The notes under the pieces were generated by a model. The model had not been told where the DNA came from and did no database searches. It worked only from the letters and a program-made list of their open reading frames with translations. Below, one piece after another: positions 50,601-64,000 of a stretch of DNA of 64,000 bases (its first letter is position 1; the number at the start of each line of letters is the position of its first letter). Source of the stretch: Gordius albopunctatus (Eukaryota). The position numbers and the translations under genes are program-made. Where the stretch lies: NCBI GenBank assembly GCA_964276515.1, contig OZ193909.1, positions 19,902,001-19,966,000 of the forward strand. The letters run 5' to 3'.

Positions 50601-52878
50601 CAATTTGGTCATATATATATAACTATTTCAATTAGTATGTAATTAGAAAGTTTTAGAAGGGAAAAAACGTTATATGTCTTCTACTATTTTCAAGTTATAT
50701 GCTAAAGAAGTTGAATGTGTATTTAATTAAATTAGTTACTAATTTATAATTACTCATACATGGCAAGGATCAGAGTAACTATTATTTGATTCACAGTTAC
50801 ATAAGTAAATTGGATTTTTCTCCCTAAATATGCTAGTTTATAGGTTAAAATTCTTGAAAATATGCCTTTGAACAATATATAATTTTGTTTATTAATTCAT
50901 TTTTGCTTAGTTTGAATGCTTCATGCCTTAATTATTTAAAACTTAATAAATTTTATGCTTGCTTTTTAACCCTTTAGGACATTAAATGAATTGTGTAATT
51001 TGTGAAATTTCATAAGTATTTTTAAAAGTAACCCCTTTTCTTTTACATTTGCACTTTTATTATACCATTAAAGATTTATCACCTTTATTCAAATTTTGAA
51101 GTTGTTTATTTAAAATTTTTGCAAATAATATATGATATCAAATTACAAATTATTTGAATCTAAAAACAATGTACCAAAATAAAGAGCCCTTTAGTGGATG
51201 TTAGACTATACACTTAATGTTAAATACATAAAACTTTCAAAATAAAAACGTTTAGCTCAATAAAATTAAACTTTATTAAATTTAATATATTTAGATTTTA
51301 AAATAATTTTTAAGGGAATAGAAATAATTAACAAACTTTTTTTCAAATATACTGAAGCCCCTCTATATTCTTTGGGCCACCTAGTGTAAAAAGCGCTGGG
51401 TTCTGTTTGGTCAACCTTTGGTTTAACTAAGACTAACTAACCCTCGACTCTGCTGTGTTTTTCAAATTTCGACTAAGCTTAGTGGTCCCGTAAGAACAAT
51501 GTAACGAAAAATCTTTAGTCTATTCCTATTTATTTGACCAAAGGCGGACCAAATGAAACCCAGTAGTTTTTACAATGCTAACAAGTCAATAACTAAATTT
51601 TAAATTTAGCATCTTAAAAATAAAATATTCATGTAATTATGATAAATTTCAAGAAAAACAATTTGCTTTCATGATTATAAGTGATTAAACATACTTCTTT
51701 GAATAAAAATCCCTAAACAATGTATAATAATATGTATGTATGAGAGTATTCAAAATTGTAGATCTAACAATCAAATGAAATTGCCTTTTCCCCATAACTA
51801 TTTTTCTTTACATCCAGTGATGAAAGCCATTTACCTCCATATGGGTGAAAGAAATTTTATTGATTTTTACATCCCCCCCCCCAAGTGCAGCCCTTTTTAA
51901 AGGTAAAGTAGGCCCGATTAATTTATATAAAAAATGTAATTTTATGCCTGAAAAAGCTAGTATTTGGTTGAAATGTTTATTTTTGCATATAATTTATCAA
52001 TTTAATTTAGTTTTGTAGGAATCGGCTTTGCGAGCTAGACTGAATAACGCCTTGGGGTGGGGGTCAGGGGTGGGGAGGGGAGGGGGTAGGTGGGCATTTC
52101 GTAGAGATTTTATTGATCAACACCTCAGTTTTTTCGGTAACCTTGAAAATGAAAGAATAAATATATTTTTTTGGATTCTACCATTATTATATATCATTTC
52201 CAAATATATTGGTCTAAATAGAGGCACATGCATCCCGTGAATAAAGTTAGCGCACGATTCAATTAGTTTCAAATATATTATATTTTTATTAATTATAGAG
52301 TTGGTAAATTATTAAAAGTAGCATATATTAATTTAACTTTTAAATCATATGTAATTTTCAGTTTTTATATCGAAATTGTTGATTAACAACAAGCTTGTTT
52401 TGCGCCCCCCATTTTTATCGCAAATAGTGTTGTAAAGACGGGTCTGAGTTTTGTGTGGTCTACCTTCGGTTCAACTAAGACTAACAACGGTGAAGAATCT
52501 GGTCTGATTTTCAAATTTCAACCAAGTCTAATGGTCAACTAAGAAAAACAGACCAAAGCTAATGTTTAGTCGAATAAACCCAAAGGTAGACCATTGAAAC
52601 ACTAATCTCAAACAAGGTGTCTGTTGAGTAAAAATTGTATTTAAAATATTATTTTTACCTTAAAATATAAAATTTAGTATAAATCATATTATTCTCGCTA
52701 TAATTTTATTTTTAAAGTCGAACGTATATATTTATTCATATAAAAATTTTCGAAATTTTAATTATTTTTTTTGGAAAATAATGTCAATTTTATACTTATG
52801 GCGACTTGTGCTTATTATACGATCTATACATCTCGCTCGACCAATCAGATCCCTCCTCCTCCTTCTCTCGATAAATCG

Positions 52879-55800
52879 ATGCCTCGGCAGTATTCACGTG
52901 ACTTATCACCGTCCACCAATCCGCTCGCGGCGAATTTGGCGGGACCGCGCGCTTTTCGTCGCCAAGATATGGGGTCCGAGGATGAACCCAACACGATGGA
53001 AGAAATTAAGATGGCTTCCCTCAAGATGGCGGTCAGAGATATGTTTGAGGGGGAAAAAGAATTGATGGGTAGTATACTCGGAATATTACACGGGTTTTTA
53101 ATGGCTTAAAAGTCTTTTTTACGCTTTCGCATACAGACAGACTACCTAATGACCGCTGGGGTTGGCTTACATTTTTTCGACCTCGCGCGAGCCCGAGACT
53201 ATGAATTTCTTTTGGCAACATCTTTAGCTTGTTGATTTAATATATCGGATAATTGCGAAACTGGGCAATTAAATTATTTTACAAACCAATGCGGACGACC
53301 ATGGCTTACATATCAAAGGGCAAATAAGTGAGATATACCCTCAATATGCGCATTTGTGCGATTGCTAATCAAAAATTATGAAAGGAATAATAACTAGATG
53401 AGGAGACACTACAAAATTATTTTTCCACACTCGTAGTCAACACTTAATTATAGAGCCTTAGGTGGCTCTACTGTTACCTTAAAAATGATGACATTTTATA
53501 TCTACTCATCATTTTCTTTGTGGGGGGCTTTTGTTTGGTAGCATCTATAATTTTTTGAAGGTAAATCTGCCAAATTAATATAAAGTTATTAGTTTGTTAA
53601 TCTTACGTCCCTAAGATGGCGGACTTCAGTCTTAGGCAAAAATTGTCAGCTGTTCGCTAATCTATATAATATTAGTTGATGGGAATTGCTTGGAATTATT
53701 CTCAAGAGTAAATCCGTATTTTAAAAAAATATTTATCTTTCTTTGCCCCAAAATTTTAAGGAACAAACAAGTGTGCTACCAAATATATTCCGGTTATCTT
53801 AAATTTTTAAATAGCACCTCTCCAACTACCAATTTTCACGTAAACTTAAGATCTTATATCTATCTACTAGGTACAAGCTAAAATACAATATAAGCATTTC
53901 GTAACTTAAAGCACCCCTTTAACTTTTAGACGTTTGGGAATCATCTTCAAGTTCGACCCATGGGCCTGGCCGGGGGGAGGGGCAGAGAGGGTAGTATGCC
54001 CCCCTCTAAAGCCAAAAATTTTCTGAAATTCATGAAAATTCTGGCTAAAATTTTAAAAATTCCTCGATATTACCCTACAACATCTGGTAAGCGCCTACCG
54101 CCAAAATGTGCAAAGTTAAATTACTTTTGCGATTTGCTTGATTACATTCAAAATTTTCGTTGGTCTATTCGTGAGTTCCTTTCGAAATTTCGGGATTACT
54201 AAACACTTTTTACACCCTGTAACGTGACTTGAAATGCGAAATGTGGAATGTTCGACATCATATCAAAGCCTTTTTAACTAACCAAACGATTTTTAATCGG
54301 CCAATCAAAATTGTTATCCTATTACATCACGTGACATTGAAAGCTCTTTAGGACAGAATTTTAGGATTCGAGAATTAATATATATGTTGGTATATTTTTT
54401 GTTTATTTCATAGGATAAATTTAATAATTTTCATAACTACCACCAACTTCTTTTATTTAATACTTTATTAGTTAAATAAATTAGTTTAAAAACCCTAAAT
54501 ATTTTTCAACCTAATCTACTCACTTTTTAACATTATATCAGGAGATAACAAACAAGTTTTGTTATTTATGAGATTACCAAATGATACAAATTTTTCAAAA
54601 TTTAACTGAGCTCTTATCATTTCCACTAATATCTCCTTTAAGAACTCTGTTTTAAAATTTATAGTTGTTTACATATTTGGCCTTCTGATTCTTCGTTCAG
54701 GATTATTTTTTAGGGGGGAATTTTCTGAAATAACGTGTTTTTTTTGTAGCGCTTGCATCTCGTTCCTCCAAAGCCGTTTCATATTATTTTTAATCAATCC
54801 CTAAACTACTATAAAAAAAACAATTTTTTCCCAAATTTAAAACTTAATACCGTAATAATTTAAATTTTATCTTTAAATTTCCCATCTTTCCCTCCGAACG
54901 AACCCCGATACAATAATTATTAATTAAATTAATTAACAAGGTCGGCCACAAAAAAATGGCGGTGCGGAAGAAGACGAGGTCGCCATAGCAACAGCCGCAC
55001 CCACACAGCAAGCAGAGGGCGTGGCCCTGATGGGGTCGGAGGCATACGAGATGCCTCAATACCCGATCGAAGAGGTGGAACGAGAAATTAGGGCCGCCCG
55101 CTCGCTCCTAGAGGAAAGCGAGGCCGCCAAACGACACGATGACCACGTCGACACTTCCGCACAAAATGGCGTCGGCCAAGATGGCAGAATTACTAATGGA
55201 GCCACGGCGGAAGGATTTACCGAGTCAGTTTGAGGATTATTTTTTGGGGGGGGGGGGAGTGAGAGAGGCCCAGAAATTTTTTTTAAGGAAATTTGAGTGT
55301 AACCTTATAAATTGCGACTTTTTGTAAAATTTCTTACTTTTTAATGAATCAAATAAATTGTTTTTCTTAAAGAATTCTAAATAAAAACTCACATTTTTAA
55401 AGATAAACAATCTTTGACAGAAGGTTTAATAATTAATTTTTATTTAAAAATTATATTTAGTATATATATATATCTTACCTTTATATATATATATATATAT
55501 ATCAGAAATTTTCGGAGACAACTTAGCTTTAAGAATGGGACCGCGGGCGAAAAAGTCGTCCCCCCGGGTGCCACCGCCGCCATATTGAATCATGTGTTAA
55601 ATGGGGCGGTTGTAGGTGATTTACGTCATTATTGCCGGAGGGGTAGCGCCGAAGCCATTCATTTTCAACGCGTATACGTCGGTGACGAGGATGTGGGGGT
55701 AATGACGCAATTATTATTGTCAGACTATTTTTACTTCGAATTTAACATGGTTTTAATTTAATTTGCAAAATAGAAATAGAATTTTTGAATAGCTTATTTT

Positions 55801-58800
55801 CAGATCTTTGTATATAATACATGTTAAAACATTTTAGATTATGATGCAGGCATAGAGCGATCAATCAAACATTGTAGTGGTAAATATAATAGTTACTGAG
55901 CGATACTTGTTAGCATAAGTGTTGTAATAAAGATTAAAAACATGGCCTTAGTCAAGGGGTGGGGGCAGGGAGGGGCAGCTGCCCCCCTCTAAATCCAAAA
56001 GTTTATTAAAAACATGGCTAAAATTTCAAAAAATGATCATTTTGCCCCTCCCTAAATTGTTATTGCACCCCTCTAATCCCAATTCTAGCTACGCTTATGA
56101 TTAAAAAATGTAATTTACTTGAGATGGGGAAAAATCATTTTAAAAAACCCACACAATTTTTGGATATGTTTCAAAAAATAAAAATTGGTTTGCTTAAAAA
56201 CGAGATTTAAATATGATATATTTCTTTAGTTTCCGGTTCATGATTATAAGCACGCTTCTCAGGCCATATTTGAAGCGCTCAAGGTAAGGGAAAAATACAT
56301 GTATTCCTCAAATCAATCCTTCCCAACTTGTACTTCACGGTACCTGATGTACCATTATGGATCTTCCCCCTATCAGCTGGTCGATTTGAAACAGACGAAC
56401 AAGATGAGTTTAGAAGGTAGGGTAAATGTTTTCGAAATTTGTTAATAATTAAAATTATAACTAGGGAAGTTTTTAAATTAAGTCTTACTTTCTATCTCTT
56501 TTTTTTAAATTTGCACGTGTTAATTTAGACATCGTATTGTCTATCACATGATACTGCTTCAAGACTTTTTTATAATTCAAGTAATAAATTATTGTGGTGT
56601 CACGTGTATTTCGGTCACGTGTGGGCGCACCAATTGAAGTAAGCAGACGAGTTTTATTAATTGCTATTTTATTATGGTTACAACATATTTATTAACTCGT
56701 TTTAATCGTAATTAGCTTCTTTTCATTGCTCTTATTCTTTGGTTCTAGATACTTTAAAAATGATACCTTGCAGAGCCCACAATTTTAATGCCTTTTCTTA
56801 ATTGGAATTAGAGGGGGAGCAATCATGATTTGTGGAGGCGCAAATTAATAATTTTATGAAATGTTAGTCATAATTATATGGATTTCCTGCCTCCCCTTGG
56901 CTACACCCATGTAGCTATTTTATGTAAATATATAATTAAAGTTGTTTGTCGCATAAGGACGGTGTGTTTTTTGCAAAATAAATTTTTTGATAACCAATGG
57001 CGCCTTAACCTAAATAGGTTTGTATGTAGGCGATGAATGGAGGGCGTTTGATCAAGTTGAATCCTTCACAACGGTCGACTTGATTGGTAATGTTTTACCT
57101 TGTACACACACAAACTAACCAAAGGGTTCATTCTACTAACTCTACATTTTAATTTCTAAAAATACCGGTGTGAATGTCAATTTTTTGCTCGTAAATTTTG
57201 TTTATAAAGAATATGATGAAATTGTATTTTACCCTGATGCAGCCTAATATAGCTTGGATCATATGTTAAATGTGAAATCAATTTTCTTGCGACTATTGTT
57301 TCCATTGCATCTTTTCATTATTTCCCACTCAAATGGTGCATTAGTTTTAAAGCAGACGATTTTTAAGTTTTACAATTTCACTTGTTTTATTAAACTACTT
57401 TAATAATGGTTCTACAACTACCTTAGAAATTGGATCAAAGCTTTTTACTATATTCAAGATAGTAACCAATTGGGACATAAAAATTACATTTTGTAGCTAC
57501 AATAATTTTTGTTATGCCTTAAAATTTTCGCTTTTGTTTTGCCTTTTTCAGTTTGTATTCAACAATTTAGCTATCAATTCGTGTTTTTCCTCAACATTTA
57601 TATCTCCAGAACATCCTATCCATCCATCTTCGAACACGAAAGAAAACCCATATGATTGTCAGCTGTTGCCAGATTTGAATTACAAATTAGCTTTCGTTCG
57701 AGGCGTCTGCAACGTAATTCGGGATAACGATGAACCGATGTTTCCATACATAGATAGGACGGAATTTTTGGCCGATTCCTTGATGCTACAAGGCTTAATC
57801 ACCGATGTGATCATGTATAACTTTTTTACATTTTCTAAATTAAACTCATTGGCCTTTTTTGGGGGAGCTATTTATAAAAATCTATGCAAAAGATCGTCTG
57901 CTTTATAAATTTGTTTTACCGCTTTGTAAAGGATTATCTTGTGATGTTCTGTACACTTTACAAATTCTTTTAAACTAGCACATCTTTTGTGTTTTGTCTC
58001 AGAAAATCATTTAGTTACCGAAGGCTTTGCTACCTCTCGTGCAAATACCAACTTCACCTCTATCTAAACGAAATAAAGGAAACGTCAGCGCAAAAGCAGA
58101 TCAAGCATCGCGATTTTTACAACATTCGCAAAGTGGACACCCACATCCACGCGGCATCTTGCATGAATCAAAAACATTTGTTGCGTTTCATCAAAAAAAC
58201 CATCAAAGACAATCCACAAGAAATTGTCATCAAAGAATCGGGTCGAGAGAAAACGCTTCGTCAGGTGTGTTTGGCGATAACGTCATAAAAATTGCGACTT
58301 TTCATTCTTCAATTGCGACGCGATTAATCAATGCAACGTCACAATTTTTGTGCCCTTTAAACTTAAGATAGAAACTTTTGCAAAGCAATGGATCATTCAT
58401 TAGTCATGTTTCTTGAATGACATATCTGCTATCCCTTTGCAAAACTGTTTATATTTAAAGGGATGTAATTACAATCTCCTAAGCGTCGCTCTCCTTTAAT
58501 TTTAAAATATTTTAAATATCATATGACCTAATTTGTTATAACTTTTTTACATATCGTACTTTTGTATTATTATGCTGACTAGGTTTTCGACGACCTTAAC
58601 CTCTCGCCATACGACCTCAACGTTGATATGCTGGATGTGCACGCGGTATGTCTCGGTGTTATCTATGCCTTTTTTGATATTTTCACTTTGTTGATCGTTA
58701 TATTCAGCAGACTCCTGTATTTTACTGTTTATTTCCTCTGAGATTTATTTGTAAGTGGAGAATACTCTACTCATGTCATAATTATGTAGGACCGCAACAC

Positions 58801-61800
58801 ATTCCACCGTTTTGACAAATTCAACGCCAAATATAATCCGATAGGGGAGGGAAGGATTCGTGAACTTTTTATCAAGACGAATAACTACGTGCAAGGCAAA
58901 TATTTCGCCAAAATACTCAAGGTTAGTTATTTTGTATAACATTTTCGAAATTGTACTATTTTTTACACATTTAGGAGGTTATGTTTGATTTGGAGGAGAG
59001 CAAATATCAAAGCGCCGAATTGCGTTTATCCATATACGGCTCATCGCCCGACGAATGGGATAAATTAGCTCATTGGGCCTTGACTTATCGCGTTTACAGT
59101 GATAACGTGCGCTTCCTTATACAAGTGCCTCGGCTTTAGTAAGTTCCCCTCATCTTTCTATCGCAAAAATGTTACCGGGGGGCAGGGGGGCGGCTGCCCC
59201 CCTCTAAATCCAAAAATGTGTTGAAATTTTATTAAAATTATGGCTAAATTTTCAAAAAATAACCATTTGCCCCCCTCCCCCTCTAATTCCAATGCTGGAT
59301 ATTACATAATCTAAATATATTACATGATTGCATCGGTATGTTTACGTTTCACCACATATCAAATATATAGAATTGCATCTAGACGTCCACGGGTATTATA
59401 GTTCTAAATATTTTAAGAGTTACTACGTGTTGTTGTAGTTGAACCGTTTATAGCCGCGATGCTTAGTCGAAATTTGGAAACCAGACCAGAAGCGACTTTT
59501 TAGTCTTAGGGCTTGTCTTAATATCGGATTTCGCTGCGCAGCAAAAATCGTCATACGGGTTATAACATAGCCCCGTGTCTAAACTTGGAATTCACAGCAG
59601 ATTTTCATTTCGGACGCATAATATAAGAGCGATTAATCTCAAGAGTGGAAAGAAATAAAAAAAGGGATTTAACTATCAAAAAACAAAATATTAATAATTA
59701 AAACCGAGTCTGACACATGAAATTGAATCGTATATTTGATAAAGATGAATTCGCGCCATTTGAATCTGAATCCGATATTAAGACAAGCCCTTAGTTAAAC
59801 CAAAGGTCCACCAAATTAAAACAAGTGCCCTCCCAAAGAAAATTTATAGTGGGGGGGGGGCAAGTTTTATTTAAACAATTTTATTAATCATTTCTATTTC
59901 CTTAAAAATCATGTGGGAATCGAAAAAAATTAATTTCATAAAGTTAAAACATTAAGTTAAACCGTTGTTGTTTTATATATGTAGTTGTTCCATTAAAGTG
60001 GATAATAGTCCAACTAACACATCTGCTACGGGTCGCCTTATTTTGGCCCATTAGTTAAAAATGGCTGGGTTTGAATTGGAGTTTCCTTTGGTTGTTTAAC
60101 AAAGACTAAAAGGTCGCTTCTGGTCTGGTTTTCAAATTTCGACCAAGACTCGAGGTCGCCCGAATAAAGCCCAGACCCGCTTTCACAGCACTACGTCCAT
60201 AACTTTACATATTTTTATGTTTTCTCTTTAGCGACATATACAGGGCCAAGAAAGTGGTTAACAATTTTCAACAAATACTCCACAACATCTTTATGCCACT
60301 TTTCGAAGCGACCAATAATCCTAGCGGTCATCCCCAGCTGGCCATGTATCTCGCTCAGGTCTCTTTTCCTCATTAATACTACAAATGTTTGGGAAGCCCT
60401 TATATTATAGCGTTTTTGTAAGGTCAAAACATCGACAAATCGAATATATTATACTCATAGACTACATAGACTGCTCGTGTCATATGTTTTATATATGGTA
60501 AAATGCGTACCAATGAATCCACCATTTTTAAATTAACTATCTCCCATTGTTGTCAAAACGTCAAAAAGTGAAAATTTACTTTCCTCCTCATTAGTTAGCA
60601 AATAAAAAAGGATGTTAATAGATGGTTATATAATGAAATGCAGATGGCATTAACATTTTTTTTTGTTTTTTTGTTTTATGAATTTTGTAAATGATATATA
60701 TATTTTTATTAAGTTTCCCTTTTTTCCACATTTCAAAATGGCGGAAGAATGGTACTTTTGATTAAAGTTGATGAGCAGTCAATCTAGTCTAGTCTATGGA
60801 TGTCCTGTAAAACATACTTATTTAACGTAGCGGTAGTAAGAGAGGTTGTTTTTGGTAGTAGAAATTGTAGAGAAGAAACTTGTGCAAAATAGCAAAAAAT
60901 AAAAATTGTTGACAAATAGACTAAATATTCGCATTTTTAAATATTTATTAAGATTGAATAAATAATTTTTGTTTTTGAATTGCGATAGATCGTGGGATTT
61001 GATTCGGTTGATGATGAGAGTAAGCCGGAAAATGAATATTTTAATTCATACTCTCCCCTGCCTCAAGCCTGGAACGGGGCCGAAAACCCTCCTTATGCCT
61101 ACTACCTGTATTACATGTTCGCCAACCTCACCACGCTAAATCACTTTCGAAAGTATTGATTGATTATCCATTATTGGTCATCACTACCAATTTCCAAACT
61201 GATATTAATTGCTACGCAATTTATGGGCTCGCTTTTGGTTCTCCCTCCGTCCTATCCTGTCCAACTTGTTATTTTTCAATGCTAGCCGTGGAAACTTGTA
61301 CGGGTTTTTAATGGCTATCGACATGGGCTTAGCCGGGGGGGGGGGGCAGGGAAGGACGGTTGCCCCCTTTAAATCCAAAAATTTGTCGATATTTATCAAA
61401 ATCATTGCTAAAATGTCAAAAAATGATCATTATAACCCCCCCTCTAATCCCAATGCCGGCTACACTCATGGCTGTCGACTTTGCTTCTGTAAAGTCTTAT
61501 AATATTTTGCTTTCCCAAATTGACTAGCTAATGACCGCTGGCTGGCTTAAATATTTTCTACGGGGCCCGAGTCCAAATTTCATAACTGTTTTTGTGCCTG
61601 ACTGATTACCTTTATTGGTAAATTTCTTTGGGCAACTTGTCTAGGTTGTTGCTTTATAACGGAAGGAGAATGCGAAACTGGCAATTTTTTTCATAGACGT
61701 ATCTTTATCAAATGGTATACAAAAAATTACATACACACGAGTAAAAAGAATATAAAAACGCGGCTCTAACTAAACCGATGCCATAGATCCGTGTACTAAC

Positions 61801-63857
61801 GATTTCCATTGTGATCTTTTTCCTGATAAAAAGCACCCTTTCAAATCTAAAGAGACGCTGGAGATCGCTGTTCCAAATTGTTTCGTGAGAGCGAGAGCTT
61901 CAATGCCTAAATTTCCAATTCCGCGAGCGAAGAATATTTGGCTTTCTTCCTATTTTTATTTATACATTTTTATTAAAAATGTAGACTACGGGGTTTGAAC
62001 ACGTTCGTCCTCCGACCGCATTGTGGGGAGGCTGGAGGCATACACCACTTAGTAACTGGGTACATGGTTTCTGAAAATATTTCGCACGGCCTTTTACTGA
62101 GAAAAGTGATTTCATATAATTTGTATTGTAACTAGATGTTTTAAATCAAATTGTTTACTTCTTTAAGGCTTACTTTTATTCAGTGTTTCTTTTACTTTTG
62201 AAATGCTGACTATGTATGGGCGTGCCTAGATTGGGGTTAGAGGGGCAGCCGCTCCTCCCTGCCCCCCCCGACTACTTCCATGTGACTATGCATATACTTA
62301 GTTCCTCGTGGATAAATTATATTGTATCGGTCATAATTCGAACGGCTTGGGGTCTCAGGGACCCCAATCGACCAACTGGAAAATTCTTTTTTGGATTGTG
62401 ATAAATTTAAGCGTAAATTTGATATATTCTATTTTAAATATGTTCCCTTTTATCTTAATTTTAATTATGAAAATTTCAAATTTTAAACACAGGCACCCGT
62501 CCTACAATACTTGTACTACCTAGCACAAATTGGGATAGCCATGTCGCCTTTGAGCAATAATTCCCTATTTTTGAACTATCACAAAAATCCTCTGCCCGAA
62601 TATCTGGCCCGTGGCCTTTTGATTTCGCTCTCGACCGACGACCCCCTCCAATTTCACTTCACGAAAGTCTCATTAAATTTAAAAACCGTTTTTAGCTAAA
62701 TTTTTACCAAAAAATGTAACTAAATATCATCGTTTAAATAAAGCATTACTAGTCATGATCGTTGTCAAATTAGTGTATTCGCAATGCCAATGCATTAATT
62801 TATGGATAATATTTTGTAATACTTTTTTTAAATCTTGCAAAGTATAGTCTTATTTATAAATCCTTCCTATCAACCGTAACAAGCTATTTAGCAACTTTAA
62901 AAATTGCCGCTTCTTCACTTTTTAGTGGTAAAATGGCTATTCTTGTTTTAAAATACGTTTAAAATGTTATTATAGGAACCATTGATGGAAGAATACAGTA
63001 TAGCTGCTCAGGTGTGGAAATTAACATCTACCGATATGTGTGAATTAGCTAGGAACAGCGTTCTAATGAGCGGGTTTCCTCACGAAGTACGCAAAATATC
63101 TTTTAATCTCTATTTTAGTTTTCATCATTTTTTCTTTTTGTTTTACGGCATTTAATTCCTTCTTTATATTACAACTTGTTCAAACACTTCCAGAGGTTTA
63201 TTTCCGAATAATTGTGTATGCTACGCGCTAGTATATATTGTATTTAATAGAGTTGTTAAAATGCTAACTTTCTTCAAACTTCAGACGAGATCACGCTCAC
63301 TGAATGGCTTAATATACGCGTTAGCACAATATGTGCTCGCTGTTCGGTGCACTAGGTAGAGCAGTAGCATATAAAAATGCTCGAGGGCCGAGCAGAAATT
63401 CGAGCAGATTGTAGCTGGAGTTGAAGAAAGTTAGCAATATAACAACTCTAGTATTTAACTATATTTTACCATTGGAGCATATAATTTTGGTTTTTTATGA
63501 TGGAACTTTGTGTTATAACTTTATATGTTTATCACTCGATTTTGAAGTCTAATTTGATTGAAGTTGACCATATAATCGAGATTTTCCTTTCTGTTTGAAA
63601 TTTCATTTTACCGGTCTTCATTTATAAAATCACGTGATTATGCACAGGTCAAATGTCATTGGTTGGGTCCTAATTATTTGAACGAAGGCACGACCCGCAA
63701 TGACATCACCAGGACCAATTTGCCGGACATTAGAGAGGCTTACAGATACGAAACGCTGCTGGCGGAACACGATAATGTGTACAAGGGATTGAATTTAAAG
63801 ATGCAAACCGCGGAGGCCGAGGGTTTTTATCTCTCATTCTTCTTCTTAGTGTTGTAG
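52879..63857 (+). CDS. AMPD2: AMP deaminase (AMPD2-like); exons ~52879-53068, 54941-55223, 55506-55698, 56230-56416, 57610-57814, 58003-58264, 58583-58645, 58790-58921, 58975-59138, 60232-60358, 60989-61152, 61985-62105, 62493-62666, 62976-63086, 63648-(63822 or 63857)
   Basis: [107 protein letters not shown] and [12 protein letters not shown]. Metal ligands are intact, and the introns are GT-AG and phase-consistent. Start codon and last exon end are uncertain. Confidence 0.93.
55941..56099. mobile_element. hAT-type MITE family 1
   Basis: Degenerate TIRs with 8-bp TSD ATTAAAAA. Confidence 0.75.
59509..59790. mobile_element. PIF/Harbinger (Tourist-like) MITE
   Basis: TIR GGGCTTGTCTTAATATCGGATT and 3-bp TTA TSD (59506-59508 / 59791-59793). 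A second copy starts at ~63951 and runs off the window. Confidence 0.85.
61322..61470. mobile_element. hAT-type MITE family 1
   Basis: CATGGGCTTAGCC...GGCTACACTCATG with TSD GCTATCGA/GCTGTCGA. Confidence 0.8.
63248..63450. mobile_element. hAT-type MITE family 2
   Basis: Perfect 8-bp TSD GTATTTAA; near-identical to 36966-37148. Confidence 0.9.
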
Positions 63858-64000
63858 TAACGACGGGTTGGTTTTTGTTTGGTCGGCCTGGGGTTTTAGT
63901 CGACCCAACATAAAGAGACCAAGGGTTTTTTGCCTCGTCTCTTTTTCTTGGGGCTTGTCTTAATATCGGATTCAGATTCGAATCCAAATCGCGATTCATT

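Overview
AT-rich metazoan (invertebrate-looking) genomic DNA, dense in transposon debris. There are four host genes: an MBD5/MBD6-type methyl-CpG-binding-domain gene (-, 4288-5376), a 345-aa protein of unknown function (-, 24017-25092), a G-alpha 12/13 (concertina-type) gene with two large loop insertions (-, 38247-46701) and a multi-exon AMP deaminase (+, ~52879-63857). Three introns are only 36-40 nt. Mobile DNA includes two full-length but disabled RTE-clade LINEs with TSDs, two decayed Ty3/Gypsy elements, hAT relics, several hAT-type MITE families with 8-bp TSDs, a PIF/Harbinger MITE and a Penelope-type minimal hammerhead motif. The standout is a ~1.5-kb insert (27148-28677) in the Gypsy integrase. 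It encodes an uninterrupted but 5'-truncated RT-RNase H whose motifs resemble hepadnavirus/nackednavirus polymerase. A 294-bp inverted copy of its own 3' end sits at its 5' side, and it carries a TATA / DR1-like / poly(A)-signal arrangement after the ORF. All homology calls rest on motif recognition by eye; no searches were run.
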